The position numbers and the translations under genes are program-made. Below, piece after piece: positions 59,729 to 64,000 of a stretch of 64,000 nucleotides of DNA. The notes beneath the pieces were generated by a model. It was not told the origin of the DNA and did no database searches. It worked only from the letters and a program-made list of their open reading frames with translations. Origin of the DNA: Oopsacas minuta (taxonomy: Eukaryota > Animalia > Porifera); the NCBI GenBank assembly GCA_024704765.1, contig JAKMXF010000311.1:62001-126000 (forward strand), in the 5' to 3' direction. Positions within the stretch are counted from its first letter, which is position 1; the number at the start of each line of letters is the position of its first letter.

Positions 59729-60589
59729 TTAATTAAGTATAAGGGCATGTGTAGCTTCAGATACCACTGCGTTGGTACCATCAGTCGCAATTAATTTCAC
59801 ATGTTCGTAAACTTCATCCATACCATTAGGTGCCACTCTACGTAGTGTAGAAGTTTCTTTTTGATACATAACGCCATCCACCATAGCTCGCTCTGTGCGG
59901 ATGTTAACCAATAAAGGCTGAGTATCTCTATTGCTGACAGTGTTAGCAACTTGCCTTTCAGATCTTTGCCTTGATTGCCATCTTCTATGAGGTGGTGGAC
60001 TAGGATTCGGCTCTTTCCCACAACAGCAGTATGTCATACAGCAAAGACAAGCACTACAGTAACATATCAAGCAACAGCAACTACAGCAACTTAGAATGAT
60101 AACTGATAACAGAAATGGAAGATTGAAATAAGAACAAGCCCATTCAACAATACTATCCTTGTCAACATCAATAGTTTCTAAGGCCACAAATGCGAATATA
60201 TTCTCATAGTTTTGAATAGGGATGCTACATATTTCATTCGCGTTTGCGTAGCAACTGACAATGGTATGCGATGTGGCTACATTTTCTGTTTTAAGATCCA
60301 AAGTCAATGCACTGTAATCCGGCGCTTTAGCTTCCAAGTAGTTAAGAAAGGGTTGTGAGTAGAAATTCTTATCTTTGGGACAATAAAGTGGGTTAAACGG
60401 AATCAATTGAAGCGAATCTGCTGTTAAAATCGTAGAGCTATTCCATTCATTTGTAGCATACAATTGTTTGTTTGTAGTTATTACAAGAATTACAGCACTT
60501 GGGATTATTATGATTAAAGTAAATGCCATGCAACAAAAACTGCATAAGGAACAGACATAGTTACAGTTTCCACCCATAATTAGATACAA
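59729..60589 (-). CDS. Two-TM Cys-rich membrane protein, tandem family member 1 (286 aa)
   Basis: Cys-rich N-terminus, TM1, ~115-aa loop (IPFN..CP.D..FYS, SCY..ANEIC.I, ENIFAFV), TM2 with a poly-Cys tract and a tail with DTQPLL. Confidence 0.8.
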   Translation of the reverse strand: MYLIMGGNCNYVCSLCSFCCMAFTLIIIIPSAVILVITTNKQLYATNEWNSSTILTADSLQLIPFNPLYCPKDKNFYSQPFLNYLEAKAPDYSALTLDLKTENVATSHTIVSCYANANEICSIPIQNYENIFAFVALETIDVDKDSIVEWACSYFNLPFLLSVIILSCCSCCCLICYCSACLCCMTYCCCGKEPNPSPPPHRRWQSRQRSERQVANTVSNRDTQPLLVNIRTERAMVDGVMYQKETSTLRRVAPNGMDEVYEHVKLIATDGTNAVVSEATHALILN

Positions 60590-61366
60590 ATTTTCAGGGA
60601 ATTAAATGAATTACTTTCAGTATAAAGGTTGTATTTAATGCCTACAGCATCTTATGCAACTCAATATTCCATTTCAAACTACTAATATTAGAAAAGTGAA
60701 ATAGGTGAATAATTATGTAAATTCAGGTTTAGCAGATGTCTGGACGTGGATTAATTAGTATAGATATTAGAGGTTGGTATATAATACAGTGCAACCCCTA
60801 TAAGTGGGGAGTGGGGCATACTAAGAGAATTATGCACCATTGAAATTTATCTCTATAAGTAGAGAATTCTACGAAAAATTTACTTTAATAAGCGACGATG
60901 AGTTGAAATTTTTGGGTTTCTCAAAAGAAAATTTTTTACAAATTTTTATATTCAACCAACAACCTGAGGCCATATTCTTATAATAAAAATAATTGAAAAT
61001 ACAGTCGTTGGAGGACGTGGCTGTACATATAGACACAAAAATCTCTGGATCAAGGACATAAAACTAATATAATTATCCACAATTAGTTGATTATTTCCAC
61101 TAGCTGCATACTTACCATCCCTTACCGTTATAACTGTTTCCCTCGATATTTTTTCTCGATTTCCTAGGATTTCTCTCTGGATTTCTAATTTGATATGCAA
61201 ATAATATGAATATTTCTCTTTTATGAAACAAAAGCCAGTAATATCCAATATTTCACATTTTTAATAATACGAACAATATATTTATAACCAAGCAAATAAA
61301 CGAACACCAATAATCAAGCTGGTTATATGTAATCTGTCTTCCAATCAAAACTCTTACAAACATCCT

Positions 61367-61986
61367 TCAAGTTTGGAATTCCCTAAGAATCATACTACGA
61401 TCCTTATTGCTCATCTGGTCGAATTTAACAAATGCTTGAACAATACCAAAACACAGAGAGAGTAAGACACAGAAGAAAACTAAACAACCACAACAACTTT
61501 GAGTCATGAATGTTAGTAGAACTGAAGGAATGACATAATAAAAGACCCATTCACTAGCACTCTTCTCCGAAGTATCAAAAGTTTCGAAGGTCACAAATGC
61601 GAATATATTTTTATGCTTTTCAATAGGGATCCTGCATATTTCATTAGCGATTAAGAAGCAACTGCCAATGGTAAGCGATGTCGTCACATTTTCCTCTTTA
61701 AGAGCGAAAGTCCACGCACCGTGATCGGGTGCTCCTACTTCTACATAGTTAAGAGATGTTTTTGAGCATGACTTTTCTTTCGGATGATAAAGCTCTGAGT
61801 CAATTGGAACACACTCAGGGGAATCGAATATCGAAATTAATATAGTAGATCTTTCCTGTTCAAACTCAGGATAAAACTCTTTGCTTCTATTCGTAATGAA
61901 ATACACCAATGGGACTATTATGATTAACAAAAAACAAGACAACAAAAACAGCAAGGGCAAGAGAAAAAGCCAGAATCCTTACTCAT
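61367..61986 (-). CDS. Two-TM Cys-rich membrane protein, family member 2; 1-nt frameshift near the 5' end (pseudogene or sequencing error)
   Basis: ATG 61986 gives MSKDSGFFSCPCCFCCLVF; one extra T in the T6 run (~61929-61934) joins it to LLIIIVPLVYFIT.... The loop is homologous to member 1 (CVP.D, APD, SC..IANEIC.IP, NIFAFV). Confidence 0.7.
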
Positions 61987-62669
61987 AATCGACACAAATT
62001 CCAAATGATGAAAATGATAATTATCAGGCATAAATATCAAATTTATTAAACAACAGCCACCCCATGAAACTCAATATACTGTATCAAATAAAATACAGTA
62101 GGCACTATTCAAGATAAGATCGGCGCTGATTATTCATTGAAAATTGACGATAAATAATGTATTTCAGTATACCCTCCCTAATCCGGACAGGACCTAAGGA
62201 TCAATACAACCTTTGGAAATTATCTAAATACTCAAAAAGAAAAAGTATAATCGTATCCAATTCCACTGCAGAATAGATATATAGTATATCAAATTGATAT
62301 TAATTAATACACAAATGACAGGATTGTACAATTTTGGAAAAATCGTACTCTTAGATCATATATAGTAAACTCCAGTTATGACGAAAGGAATCAGAGGTTC
62401 CGAGCGCTCCGTTGTAACAATAGTTTCCTATAGTATTGATCACTCTTGAAAGATGCAAACGATCCATCAGCTTTGCTACAACGTATACATGATAAATAAA
62501 ATATATTGTACTAGTATACACCTGCAAAAATTCAATTCGACAATTTCATACTAAGTGAATGTGTGTTAATAAGTTAGTTACAACTCATGATGGAACAAAT
62601 GCTTACTATAATTCTTTTAAGAACTTGATTACTGACCACAATTAACTGAATTCAGTGTTTATGTAGGTG

Positions 62670-62695
62670 ATATATATATATATATATATATATAT
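62670..62695. repeat. (TA)n microsatellite
   Basis: Pure TA run of ~13 units. Confidence 0.9.
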
Positions 62696-63441
62696 GGTAT
62701 TATTGTTTGAAGTATACTTTTTGTAGTATTTATCATCATTTGTATCTATGTAAACATAAAATAGATTCGATAGTTCAAAATTCGAGATTTTCCGATATTA
62801 ATATATTTCTTGATATAATTCCAATATTTTCGATATTTGAAATTTCCGTGACTTTTCGATATGGAAAAATATTGAGAAAATGTTGGGAATATAACAATAA
62901 TTATCGAAAGTGATCATTTTCCCTAATCAATGTTTGTAAAACCTAGTTTAAATGTATAGAATTTGGGAGGATGCATCATAACATATATATTAGCAGGGTC
63001 ATATATCAGAGGGAAACGTTGAGATAATCATGAAAGTCAATAACAGTGAGTGTTATTGCTCTATTAGTTTCCATGGAAAGATGTTCATTTTGTAGTGGAA
63101 ACTGTAGCAGAAGGGGCAATCTGGCAAATACGGATTGAAAATAGGCGACTTCAATTATAGAATGTGTTGCTACCACTTCACTAAAAGTAAACATAATTCC
63201 TTAAATTAAATAGAATTATGCAAACATTTATCACTTTATTGAAAATGGATAAAATACAAATGACGAAACAAAATATTTGGAAAATATTACTACGTATTAC
63301 TATCTAACTAGTAATATTTATAGGCAATGTCACACGAGATCAAGTATAACAAATGACTAATTATATCTATACAAGTATTATCTTATGAATTAATTAAGCC
63401 TCAAACGAATAGAACTTTCATTAGCCAATGGAGTTGTAGCA

Positions 63442-64000
63442 TCAGTTTATAAGCACTTTCACATCCTTCAATAAAGGCTGAGCTTCATTATCTTTCAAAA
63501 ATTTCGAAAATTGCCATTTTCGAGACCCATTTTCAACTGGACTACGACAAGAATTTATGACACCATAGAGAAATGCGATACAACAAAAAATTAACAAAAG
63601 TACACTACAAATACTTAAGGCACTCAGGGTAATTAAAAAGGGTAGATTGAAATACGAACAAGACCATCCAACAACAGGATTATCTTCAGAAACAGAATCC
63701 ATTGTCACAAATGCAAAAACATTCTCAGCACCATCTAAAGCAATGCTACAAACTTCATTCACGTTTGCATAGCAACTAGCAATGATATGCGAATCAGAGG
63801 TATTTCCATTTTGAAGTGCTAAAGTTATTCCAGTGTTTTCAGGACTTCTAATGTGCACATACACAGGAAACGCTAGAGAATAAAAATATTTATCTCTGGG
63901 GCAATCAAATGCATTGAATGGAATTGATTGGAAATTTTCCGTGTTAGAAATCGTTGAGTTATGCCATTCAGTTGCAGAGTATGATTGGTTATTCGTCACT
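63442..64000 (-). CDS. Two-TM Cys-rich membrane protein, family member 3 (5' end beyond the window)
   Basis: YSATEWHNSTI, IPFNAFDCPRDKYFYS, SCYANVNEVCSI, ENVFAFV, WSCSYFNLPFL and tail EAQPLL; clearly homologous to 59729-60589. Confidence 0.85.
   Translation of the reverse strand, partial: VTNNQSYSATEWHNSTISNTENFQSIPFNAFDCPRDKYFYSLAFPVYVHIRSPENTGITLALQNGNTSDSHIIASCYANVNEVCSIALDGAENVFAFVTMDSVSEDNPVVGWSCSYFNLPFLITLSALSICSVLLLIFCCIAFLYGVINSCRSPVENGSRKWQFSKFLKDNEAQPLLKDVKVLIN

Noticed and set aside
63006-63194. 62-aa minus-strand ORF between TM-family members 2 and 3
   Set aside because: No similarity to the family loop and no splice partner found; insufficient support.

Overview
AT-rich eukaryotic (animal) genomic DNA with many intronless genes and some very short GT-AG introns. 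This style fits a compact basal-metazoan genome such as a glass sponge, but the taxon is only my inference. Recognisable conserved genes: a WRN-type RecQ helicase plus a diverged paralogue running off the left edge, TBL3/UTP13, POGLUT1, CHMP2A and the C-terminal half of ODAD2/ARMC4 (multi-kb introns). Lineage-specific or unusual genes: a 4-exon caspase whose catalytic domain continues into a C-terminal six-bladed beta-propeller; a second divergent caspase; a 1290-aa C2H2/CCHC zinc-finger protein; a ~14-exon secreted orphan with a duplicated 12-Cys exon and a cassette exon carrying three in-frame TAGs; an Ig-like receptor; two ~99% identical PAK/STE20-like kinase genes in inverted orientation; and a tandem array of two-TM Cys-rich proteins. 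Mobile DNA: a decayed DD37D (maT) Tc1/mariner element nested in a hairpin MITE, several pogo-like and hAT-like MITEs, and two Helitron-like non-autonomous elements. There is also one atypical tRNA-like cloverleaf. All exon models, alignments and counts were made by eye and no database search was run, so novelty claims are untested.
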